Below are positions 28,587-37,800 of a stretch of 64,000 nucleotides of DNA, one piece after another. The position numbers and the translations under genes are program-made. Positions within the stretch are counted from its first letter, which is position 1. Each line of letters begins with the position of its first letter. The notes beneath the pieces are model-generated. The model was not told where the DNA came from and ran no database searches. It was given only the letters and a program-made list of their open reading frames with translations. Source of the stretch: an uncultured virus (IMG/VR IMGVR_UViG_3300030330_004454) (Duplodnaviria > Heunggongvirae > Uroviricota > Caudoviricetes); the IMG/VR virus record IMGVR_UViG_3300030330_004454; one strand, 5' to 3'.

Positions 28587-29352
28587 TAAAGGCGAAGAAT
28601 ACATCATAAAACTTTATTGTAAAGATAATAAAAGTACATATGAAATTGCAAAAGCATTAAACACTTATCCTAATAAAATCAGGAGGACACTAAAGAAGCA
28701 TGGCATAGAACTAAAAAGTAAAAGCGATGCTCAGAAACTAGCTCTAAAAAACGGCATTGCTAGTCACCCAACAAAAGGTAAAAAGAGGACAAATAAAGAA
28801 AAACTAAGCATTAGCAAAAGCCTAACTAGCCACTGGAATAATATGACAGAAGAAGAGCGCAAAGATGTAGCCAGTCAAGCTAAACAGAGATGGCTTAACA
28901 TGGACGAAGAACAAAAAGAGAAAATGCGTAAACTTGCGTCAGAAGGAATAAGAAGAGCCGGAAAAGAAGGATCAAAGCTAGAAAAATTTATACTAGAAAG
29001 ACTAACAAAAGAAGGTTATACTGTTGACTTCCATAATAAAAATCTAATTCCTAATGAAAAATTAGAAATAGACCTTTACATTCCTTCTTTGAAGACTATA
29101 ATAGAAATAGACGGCCCATCACACTTTCTTCCTATCTGGGGAGAAGAAAAGCTACAGAAACAAATCAAAGCAGATTTACAGAAAAGCGGTAGAATTTTGA
29201 GCATGGGATATGCTATAATAAGAGTAAAAGTTGTGAAAAAAACCAATTTGAACGACAAGGAGAATGTAACATCTAGTATTGTAAGAATATTAAAAAGTAT
29301 TGATAAAAAGTTTCCACCAAAGACTAAAAGATTTATAGAGGTTGAATTATGA
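28579..29352 (+). CDS. DUF559/Vsr-like endonuclease with N-terminal HTH and NUMOD3-like basic repeats (homing-endonuclease type architecture)
   Basis: STYEIAKALNTYPNKIRR (HTH), KGKKRT...KLSISKS, GSKLE, EIDLYIP and IEIDGPSHF. Confidence 0.7.
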   Translation: MSDKGEEYIIKLYCKDNKSTYEIAKALNTYPNKIRRTLKKHGIELKSKSDAQKLALKNGIASHPTKGKKRTNKEKLSISKSLTSHWNNMTEEERKDVASQAKQRWLNMDEEQKEKMRKLASEGIRRAGKEGSKLEKFILERLTKEGYTVDFHNKNLIPNEKLEIDLYIPSLKTIIEIDGPSHFLPIWGEEKLQKQIKADLQKSGRILSMGYAIIRVKVVKKTNLNDKENVTSSIVRILKSIDKKFPPKTKRFIEVEL

Positions 29353-30113
29353 GTAACAATGATTTGTTTGAAGATGTTGAGCTTGCTACGCCTTCTAATA
29401 CCGACACTGGCGTTGTAGATGTTATACAGGAAGATAGGCCAAAAACGACAGACCCAGAATGGAATGATTACGTCCTAAGCCTATTCGATAAGTCTGAGAT
29501 GTATGATGGTCGCCCACTTTGTCATGGTCTTCGCCGTGTTGCAGAATTGCTATTCGGCAATATTATGGTAAGTCGTCCTGTAAAAGTTTTTCCTCCGCAG
29601 GATGACAACGGTGTAGGTAGAGCAACTGTTATCTGGGAAATTGTATTTGAGAATGGAGCTACTTTTAGCGATGTAGCTGATTGCTGGGAAGGCAACACAG
29701 ACGACACATTTTGTGCTTTTAACACCGCTACGGCAGCAACGAGAGCAGAAGGTCGGGCATTGAGAAAGTCTCTTAGATTGCGAGTTGTAGCCGCAGAGGA
29801 GATCACTAAAAAGAATACGGCAGAGATCGTTAAGAGTATCAGCCAAACTAATGCGATACAAAATACACAAGGAGAATATCAATCAACAGGTAGAATGACA
29901 GAGAACCAAGAAAGGTTCATTGACGGTAAGTCCAAGCAGTTGGATATCAATCCATCAAAACTGTTTAAAGAAGTGTTTAATCTTTCTGTAACAAGGAAGA
30001 TTGACAAGAAGCAAGCGAGCGATGCTATTGAAAAGCTCAACGAATATCAACAAAACAAGGGATCTATCCCTAGTTCAATCACTGGTTATGTAGAAAATTG
30101 GAGAAGCGCATGA
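29349..30113 (+). CDS. Putative ssDNA-annealing/recombination protein (Rad52/Sak-like)
   Basis: ATAATRAEGRALRKSL helix and a C-terminal MTENQ...ASDAIEKL module typical of phage annealing proteins. Confidence 0.5.
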   Translation: MSNNDLFEDVELATPSNTDTGVVDVIQEDRPKTTDPEWNDYVLSLFDKSEMYDGRPLCHGLRRVAELLFGNIMVSRPVKVFPPQDDNGVGRATVIWEIVFENGATFSDVADCWEGNTDDTFCAFNTATAATRAEGRALRKSLRLRVVAAEEITKKNTAEIVKSISQTNAIQNTQGEYQSTGRMTENQERFIDGKSKQLDINPSKLFKEVFNLSVTRKIDKKQASDAIEKLNEYQQNKGSIPSSITGYVENWRSA

Positions 30114-30445
30114 AAGTAGTATATCAAACAAGAAACGGTCGTCTTAACGTAGAGCTTACTGGGGATGACCAAAAGTCAATCTTTGCAGAAATAGCAAAGT
30201 TTCAGGAAGTTTTCGAGGAAACTGTTTGCGGTAAATGCGGAAGCGATAACGTTAAGTTTGTGGTGAGAACCGTAGATGAAAACGAGTATTACGAACTTAG
30301 ATGCGCAGACTGTGGCGCTCGTCTAGCGTTTGGCGTTAATAAGAAGGGTGGCACACTCTTCCCAAAACGTAAAGATGCAGATGGAAACTGGCTACCTGAC
30401 CGTGGTTGGGTTAAATGGAACGCCAAAACAGGCCAAAATGAATAA
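30110..30445 (+). CDS. Small zinc-ribbon protein
   Basis: CGKCGS...CADCGA. RBS GGAG before ATG 30110. Confidence 0.65.
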   Translation: MKVVYQTRNGRLNVELTGDDQKSIFAEIAKFQEVFEETVCGKCGSDNVKFVVRTVDENEYYELRCADCGARLAFGVNKKGGTLFPKRKDADGNWLPDRGWVKWNAKTGQNE

Positions 30446-30475
30446 AAAAGGCCAGTAGCACACCACTACTGACCT
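30444..30475 (-). terminator. Intrinsic terminator of the minus-strand (structural) transcript
   Basis: On the - strand AGGUCAGUAG-UGGUGUG-CUACUGGCCU followed by a U run. The one non-Watson-Crick pair is U-G only in this orientation. Confidence 0.8.
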
Positions 30476-30481
30476 AGTTAG

Positions 30482-30509
30482 AGAGTCGTCGAAAGGCGGC
30501 TCTTTTTTT
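30482..30509 (+). terminator. Intrinsic terminator of the plus-strand transcript
   Basis: AGAGUCGUC-GAAA-GGCGGCUCU (two U-G pairs, GNRA loop) followed by a U run. Confidence 0.85.
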
Positions 30510-31251
30510 ATAGATACTCTAGAGTAAAGTACAGTCCATACTCTGTTTTGCTTCCAATGCTATCTGGCTCTGCGCTAAGTGCAACATACCAGTCATGACG
30601 AACATCGCGTAGAAGACTTCCAGAGTTTGATAGCCAAACTCTCTGTCCACCAACGCCAGTTCCGTCTGGATAGGTTGTCACCACCGCATCATTAGAAACG
30701 GTATTTAATCCGCTAGCTCCGGGAGAGCTTACAAAATTCATATCTGTAGGAGCCACACCAGCTTCAAATGTAACATAGTTATGATCAGCCACGCCCCTAG
30801 AGCTAGTAGAGTAAACAGTATTATCTACTTCTGTTGGGAATGGATGTCTAACTTCATAAACATATGTATCAACACCCACTGCGCCTGTGTCAATATTAGA
30901 ACGATTAAAGATTCTTAGTTTGCAATTTTGGACCCTAACCGCTTCTGTGTGCGTAAATCTGACATTCAGGGGAGCATATCTATTAGGAAGCGTTTCGTTG
31001 TTTTGTGCTGTTCCGCCATTGAATGACGTTGTTGCATCGGTCATATATTTTGTATTTTGAACCCTAGCACCCTGAGCAGTGCCATCACCATTGGTAACAA
31101 AGGTTGTATCCTGTCTTTGTCCAACTGGCACAGAAATACCAAAACCCCCACCGAAAAAGCCTAGACCAGAGCCTCCAGTGTGTTCAATTAAAGTTCCTTC
31201 AGTACCAACTGATAGGTTTTCGTCATTTGCGTGAAATGTAATCGTAGCCAT
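30508..31251 (-). CDS. Hypothetical virion structural protein
   Basis: T/G/S/V-rich beta-type composition, strong RBS (CAGGAG), last gene of the structural arm. Confidence 0.65.
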   Translation of the reverse strand: MATITFHANDENLSVGTEGTLIEHTGGSGLGFFGGGFGISVPVGQRQDTTFVTNGDGTAQGARVQNTKYMTDATTSFNGGTAQNNETLPNRYAPLNVRFTHTEAVRVQNCKLRIFNRSNIDTGAVGVDTYVYEVRHPFPTEVDNTVYSTSSRGVADHNYVTFEAGVAPTDMNFVSSPGASGLNTVSNDAVVTTYPDGTGVGGQRVWLSNSGSLLRDVRHDWYVALSAEPDSIGSKTEYGLYFTLEYL

Positions 31252-31282
31252 TATTTTATCTCCTGTGAGGAAGTATTCTATA

Positions 31283-31292
31283 TATTATACAC
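31283..31292 (-). promoter_or_regulatory. Candidate late promoter element GTGTATAATA
   Basis: Intergenic, about 30 nt upstream of ATG 31251. The same motif recurs upstream of other minus-strand genes. Confidence 0.55.
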
Positions 31293-31296
31293 AAAA

Positions 31297-34200
31297 TTAT
31301 GAATCTGGATCAAGATTTATTGTTAAATCTAGTTTTTGTTCAAATGGAGGCGGCATAGTGTTATTATAGTTATGCCAAGTATGGGATATATCATTGTGGA
31401 AGTGGAAAAATAGGTCATATTGATTATTTGAACTTCTGTCTGCTTCCGCTAAATCCTCTCCAAAAGCTCTGGATTTATCGCTTGGACCATCTGTTATGGT
31501 ATTTACCTCTCCATCTTTCTGAACGTCCGGTGTTAATTCTTGAGAAAATATCTCTCTTGGTTTTTCATCTGTAAACGCAGGAGATCTTACAACCGTACCG
31601 CCAACGATGATCGCATCCAATCCTTGTCCAGTAGCAGACCCAGAAGGAGTAACAGATATACTAGAAGAAGTTGACAGATTCAAATCTTCTCCTTTTTGCA
31701 GGAAATCAGATGCTACAAAATCATATCCACTCTCAACAACCTCAAAACTAGTAATTCCAAAATGTTCACCTTGGATAACGGGCTTCAATAATACACCTTT
31801 CCCGCTGCCGCCACTGAGTATAAATCTATCATTTTCATTATAATTTTCACCACTTGATTTAATAAATATGTTTTGATTCTGGGCCTTTTCTTGGGGGTCT
31901 TTTTCTGGATCAAATAGATAGGAAAACGGTCCAACTCCCAAAGTGTTATATTGCCAGTTGTAGGGAAGCAACTTCCCTCGTCTTCTTGCTGCGACTTTAC
32001 TGGTAACTTCCGAATCGGAATGTACTTTTTGACCTATTCCGGGGCTAAAAATTTCCGTAAAATCAACGCTAAGTATCTCACCGCTAGCATCTATTTCTGC
32101 TTGATCTTCTTGGTCTAGTGTTCCATCAGAGTACTCTTGTTTCTCCATCCCTTCATTAAAATGATGTACAGCAAAAAACCTAGAGTCATAAACAGTCTGC
32201 TCTCTGGGCCAAGAATGAAAACACCTTACCCAAAGCTGAGTTGTGTGATCATCATTATAACTTCCTCTTCCCCAAGAAGGATATAAAAATCCATTATCAA
32301 ACCAAGCATTCATACCAATATAGTTATCTAGAAGAAACTCTATTTTTGTGCTAAACGTAGCAGTACAGACAGCGCCAATTACACCAAAGGCATTACCTTG
32401 AGGAAAACCATTATTATTTTGTGTTTTGCCGTCACCAAACTCTATCCACTGTCGTAGCCATTTTAAATCTGGGTTATTATCACTTCGTGGTCTTGCATGA
32501 TCTATACTTGTTTCGTATATCAATCCAACGCCGGGACCAAAATACAGGTCGTTTCCTCCTATAGTATTTCTAGTCAGGCATCCCGTAGCGATAGGATTCT
32601 CGTCAACAGTCTGGGTTTTCCACATTTGAGAAGCAAATTCACCTCGCGTTTGACCTATCTTGGTGTTTACAATAAAAGCATTTGGGTCATAATCAGATAA
32701 ATTATCTAATTCAAAGCAAGCGTATGTTTCTGTCTTTAGTGGTCTAAACTGTATTTTTCTAATGTTTACTGGTCTAATATCAAAAGCAGAATTATTAACA
32801 TCACTAAGTGTGAGCGGGTTTTCATCTGTGATGTCTGTGGGATATTTATAAAGCCAAGAGTATCTTTTAGGAGTTTTAAAATCTGTGCCATTTTCCGTAG
32901 GTATAGTTTCAAAATAATCCTTAAATTGATTCTGAACATTAGTAATGCCAGTCGGCAAGGTTCTAACTAAAGATATTGGCCTACCAAATGTTCCTTCTGG
33001 ACTGGCGTTCATTGCTATGTCTGCTGGAAGCTGACTAATATTTCCATGAGCAAACATACCGCCTTTTGATGGGTCGGGACTTTCTGTGTTTGTATTTTTA
33101 TTCTCAAATACGTCTTGATCACTGGGTATTTCAATAAAAAATTCGTGGTGTGTATTGAATTTGTCTTTAGCTCCTGTGGGCTTTATGTTAAAATTCTTAG
33201 TTGTAGATTTTAAAGTATCTATCGTTTGATCTTCTTGATACCCATTTGGAAACACACACCCAAAGAAAGGTCCAGAAATTCGCTGCTGATCTCTACCGTT
33301 GTCGGAATCTCCAACCCTAGTGCCGTCTGGATGAAATTCAAATTGAGTACAGGCTATAGCATGACCATTTCTCCTTAGACCTCCTATTGTACCCCCCATG
33401 AAATCCCAAGAAGTGACCTGAAAATAATCATTTGTAACATTTGCAAACTTAGTATCTGCGGAAGAATAAGTATTTTCATTAACACCGTCGCCTGTATAGT
33501 AGGCTTTGTGTAGACCTTTTTCAAAGCTATCAAAGCTCAGTAGTTCGTCATCAACATTTCTAAAATAATAATCTGAATTAGTCATTAAATATGTAAAATC
33601 CCACTTACCTAAATTTGTAGTGGGCTTTGATTCTATTGGACTTCCAGAGGCGTAAGGTATAGGAATCCAAACACCATCTATTCTATTAAGAATAACTATA
33701 TCTCCAGCATTAAATCCAGTGTTAGATAAGTTGTATACAGGAACTTCAACTTTAGAATTGTCTGATGCAATTCTTTCTCTTTCGTCTCTTGCGTTTGTTG
33801 GAGACCACTGAAGAGGATTGCACTTATCCATCGTTAAAGGTATCGCGGAACCGCAAACAACCTCCAGTCCTGTTTCGTGATGCAGTATGTCGCTTGATAC
33901 GCCGCTAATAAAAACACTAAGATCAGGTTTTTCACTAGCTTTTAAGTTTGTTGTCATAACAGCAACCGCTTGAGGAGTGCCAGATTCCCATTTGTTTAGA
34001 AACTCTGTATACTTTAGATCTAAAGCTGCTCCTGCGTGGGATCTAGGATTTTCCTGAGTTGTAGCATAATATGCTTTACCTTCATCTTTTGCTATATACT
34101 CTTTACCTGTACAGTCTCTTCTGGGCGCAACTATGTTTATCTCTTTAGTGCCAACCTTTCTTTCTGTCTTTTTGACGTTTGATAAACTAAAGAAGTGGAG

Positions 34201-34866
34201 TTTTAAGGTAATCTCTTTTTCTTCATGTTGTTCTTCTAGCTTTGTTCTACCTGTATCGTCTATACCTATAGACTCTTTGAGAAATTTTAGCTTTTTTTTC
34301 CAAGACAAACATCGCTCTTTGCTAGAGTTCACATCTACAAAAAACTCGTAAGCAGCTATTTGCTGCTTGGTCCAACCAAAGTTTATATCAACAGTAGAAT
34401 TGGTAGCTAATTTTTTTTGAATAAAATCATTAAGTTTTATCAAATATATTATAACGCTTTCAGATACGGTATATCCTGCGTCACCTTCATTATTCTTAAC
34501 ATCATTCCAAGTGTATTTTTTGTCTGCCTCTGTTTCAGATGCGTCATACTTCCAGTCGTCTAAATTTTCAAACTGAATATACCTACCGTTTCTACCTTCT
34601 TTTCTCCAGACATTAATATTTGCTTTCTGATCTTGGTTTTTAACGATGTCTCTTGTTACGGAGTCTATATCTTCTTCACTAGTATAGCCCAATATGTTTT
34701 TATTTTGCTTGTAAGTCAACCATTTTTCAAGACTACTTTTTGTAAACACAGATAGGTTTACCGCTGCCATTCTAGTATTTTGGCAAACAAAAGAGTGAGA
34801 CTCTTGCTGTGATTTTAATATTCCGTGTCCACTAAACGGATTATTTGGTTTTAATTGAAAGCTCAT
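31297..34866 (-). CDS. Large hypothetical virion/tail protein (1189 aa)
   Basis: Long ORF in the structural arm with RBS AGGAGAAGG; the C-terminal SGENY...GGSGKG...ESGYDF segment resembles phage baseplate/tail repeats. Confidence 0.6.
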   Translation of the reverse strand: MSFQLKPNNPFSGHGILKSQQESHSFVCQNTRMAAVNLSVFTKSSLEKWLTYKQNKNILGYTSEEDIDSVTRDIVKNQDQKANINVWRKEGRNGRYIQFENLDDWKYDASETEADKKYTWNDVKNNEGDAGYTVSESVIIYLIKLNDFIQKKLATNSTVDINFGWTKQQIAAYEFFVDVNSSKERCLSWKKKLKFLKESIGIDDTGRTKLEEQHEEKEITLKLHFFSLSNVKKTERKVGTKEINIVAPRRDCTGKEYIAKDEGKAYYATTQENPRSHAGAALDLKYTEFLNKWESGTPQAVAVMTTNLKASEKPDLSVFISGVSSDILHHETGLEVVCGSAIPLTMDKCNPLQWSPTNARDERERIASDNSKVEVPVYNLSNTGFNAGDIVILNRIDGVWIPIPYASGSPIESKPTTNLGKWDFTYLMTNSDYYFRNVDDELLSFDSFEKGLHKAYYTGDGVNENTYSSADTKFANVTNDYFQVTSWDFMGGTIGGLRRNGHAIACTQFEFHPDGTRVGDSDNGRDQQRISGPFFGCVFPNGYQEDQTIDTLKSTTKNFNIKPTGAKDKFNTHHEFFIEIPSDQDVFENKNTNTESPDPSKGGMFAHGNISQLPADIAMNASPEGTFGRPISLVRTLPTGITNVQNQFKDYFETIPTENGTDFKTPKRYSWLYKYPTDITDENPLTLSDVNNSAFDIRPVNIRKIQFRPLKTETYACFELDNLSDYDPNAFIVNTKIGQTRGEFASQMWKTQTVDENPIATGCLTRNTIGGNDLYFGPGVGLIYETSIDHARPRSDNNPDLKWLRQWIEFGDGKTQNNNGFPQGNAFGVIGAVCTATFSTKIEFLLDNYIGMNAWFDNGFLYPSWGRGSYNDDHTTQLWVRCFHSWPREQTVYDSRFFAVHHFNEGMEKQEYSDGTLDQEDQAEIDASGEILSVDFTEIFSPGIGQKVHSDSEVTSKVAARRRGKLLPYNWQYNTLGVGPFSYLFDPEKDPQEKAQNQNIFIKSSGENYNENDRFILSGGSGKGVLLKPVIQGEHFGITSFEVVESGYDFVASDFLQKGEDLNLSTSSSISVTPSGSATGQGLDAIIVGGTVVRSPAFTDEKPREIFSQELTPDVQKDGEVNTITDGPSDKSRAFGEDLAEADRSSNNQYDLFFHFHNDISHTWHNYNNTMPPPFEQKLDLTINLDPDS

Positions 34867-34875
34867 TTCCTTCTC

Positions 34876-37800
34876 CTACGATGTCCTTCTTGTAATTGAA
34901 TCAATATCTACGTATGGCGTATTTGTCATAAAAGGATTATAAACATCCTCATCAAATGGGAAATATATATCGTTTAATATTGACCCGCCAGTTCTTTGCA
35001 GCGAATTATTTAATTCATTTATGTCTGTATAGTTAGACTGTATTTCCTGTAAGTATCCTTTTGATTGAAAAGAAGCAGTGTTACTTGTTTTTGTCACAGT
35101 TAGCCCGCTTCCTTGAGGGTTTTCTTCCTGTGGATTATACACAGATGCGTTTGTTTTTACGGGAACCACGCTTGCCACCAAAGAATCATAAACAGTTTGT
35201 TTTTTCTGTAGTGCGGAAAATACATCTGCCGCACTTGGTCCGTTCACAGAACCAGCAGGACTATCAATTAAGTCTTGCAAATCTTTATTAGGTGTAGGCT
35301 TTTCTGCACCGGATCTAATCAAGCGATTTTTATTTTGTCTTCTTAGCTTTTCCTCTCTTGTAAGTCTTGACAACTGCTCCTGTCTTTGCTTTTTGGTTCG
35401 TCCGTATTTTGTTGAAAACATTTCCATACTAACAGTTGTTTTGATACCATTACTATCTACGGACAAGCTTATAGAATCTACAAGAGGAATATTTTGAGCA
35501 AGCGGTCTACCGATATAAATACCGGGAACTACATCTGGAACAGTAAAGTTGCCTTTTTCCGTGAACAATAATAGATTGTTTGAAAAGCTAACTTGTATCT
35601 CGCCAGCTTTATTCATATTTTCATAGCCATCAAACTTCCAAGGAGATAATTCTTCGTCTTTTTGGTACTCAACCTTACCTCCGATATTTAAAAAGGTTTC
35701 ATTGCATCCACCTTTTCTTGCGTCGTCTGTCACTATATTAGCATTAGATCTCCAAGGTCCGTAGCATCTTTCTTTGGACATCAAAGGTATAGCAACTGTG
35801 TCAGGTATAACGGGAGAGGGGTGAACGTAATCAATTAAGATTTCGGGGTTGGCAAGCGGCAAAACTTCGTCTACCTGTGGTTTATCCTTGCCTTGTGTTA
35901 TTTTACTAATATATTTAATTTTTTCCTCTTCTATGCCTTTAGTCAAAGCGCGTGGTTCTAATAAGCTTTGACCCCAAGGGCCGCCATTTTTTATAGTATC
36001 TCTATTCCAGATTTTAGCAACCGTAACAGGACTTGTACTTCTTTGCGGGCCATCTGCAAACCTTCTATCAATATTAGAAACAGGTCTTGCCGACAACTTT
36101 ACCAACGCATAAACATGTTCATTGTTCATTGATGGTTTTTCTTGCGTGATTAACGCTGGAGGCAATCTTTTTAAATCGCCTTTTCCTATTTTTGTAATTT
36201 TCTCTGTAGGAGCATTGGGATTAGGCTCTCCATCTACATCGTTTTGGGGTTCACCTAAATCGCCTTCTATTTTTCTAAATATGTTAGCATATTCCAAAGA
36301 AACAACATCTCTATAATTAGATTTATCTTTTGGTGCAAATACAGTATTTATAAAAGATCCTTGAATAAGCTTTGTTCCAGTGGGTATAGCGGCTTTGTCT
36401 ATATCGTCTCCTTCTATTACATCTTCTGTAATAAAATCTAACGCACTTGAACCGACATCAATGTATTGAAAATCACAAGCAGAAACTGGTAGATCACGAT
36501 AAACACAAAATCTAGGAGCAAAAAGAAGTTTTTCTTCTACTGTCGATTTTATAAATGCGGTGTGTTCTTCTAAAGCAGTTCTATTCGGATCAAATTTACC
36601 TACAGTATCTTCTGTGTAGGAGTTTAAGGGTTTTTCTAACTGTGGCTCTTCTGTTCCAACATTGTCCATTTTGGTGACAATATCCATTCTTCTTTTGTCG
36701 CCATCATTTACTTCTTGAATGATTGAACCAATGTTTCCGTTTCTAAAGTGGAGTGTTTGACTATTATTGTATATGGCATATGCAGAAATCCTGTTCTCAT
36801 CTTTCTTTAATTTTTCTGCGTCTACAGGGTATAAATTAGATTTATTAATTAGCCCATCTTCATTTATTTCAAAGTTATGCCAACCGCCTTTATCTTGAGG
36901 TACGTAGTTGAAATCCCAGTCATTGCTAACAGGATTGTACCTAGATCTTAAAGATCCTTCTTTGTATTTTCTAGCTTGCTCACTAGAAGGTTCAAGATTT
37001 TTGGGTAGATGCTGACCTAACACTCCAGTACCATCAAGCTTTGGGTCATACTCAGAAATTATATTCAAATCAATACCAGTTACTGATGTTAATGAATAAT
37101 CTTTCTCGCTCTTTAAAAATACTTTGGTATCATCGTAGCCTGAGTAGACATTATCATCTATATAAGGATTGTACTGAACGCCATACTCAGGGAATTTGTT
37201 TATGCTATTATGTTCTGTAAAAAGAAAATCTTGAAAGAGCAATTTTTCAGTTTGCTGATTTCTGGGAATAAACTTGCCACTCTGATAAATAGACTCAAAT
37301 CCAAACGGCCCCTGTGTAATATATCTACCATTCTCTGCTGGCTGCTGGTTAACTTTAACATCTTTTGTGTAAGAAAGGTTTGTCTTGTTTGGAATTTTTA
37401 CCAAAAAACTTTTACCTAGATGTTCATCGGCTATACTTTTGATAAACGCATGAACTTTCTTGGCGTTCTCAAGATTTATTCTCATAAGAGTATTAACAAA
37501 CCCAAGAAAATTACCGTTGGAGTCTATAAAACCTTCTTGCACCGCATCCTTGAGTTCATCGCCTTCAAAGGCTTCACATAATGCATTTAGCGATGCTTCA
37601 TACGCATCAATAGAATCATTTTGTTTCTTTGTCTCCGCATCTATATCTGCTTGAGGTCTGTCTGTTCCGTCTGGATTTTTGGTGTTTACTGGAGGAAGAT
37701 TAAGTCGTCTTTCATCCACAAGTTTTTTTAATGCATCTTTACAAGCTTTTACAAAGTCTGCATCTGTTATATTTTGAATTTCACCATCTTTAAAATCAAA

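Noticed and set aside
69..29882. Numerous short minus-strand ORFs opposite the plus-strand genes (e.g. 3229-3753, 7545-8000, 9930-10349)
   Set aside because: They are fully antisense to well-supported genes, with no motifs or RBS; these are shadow ORFs.
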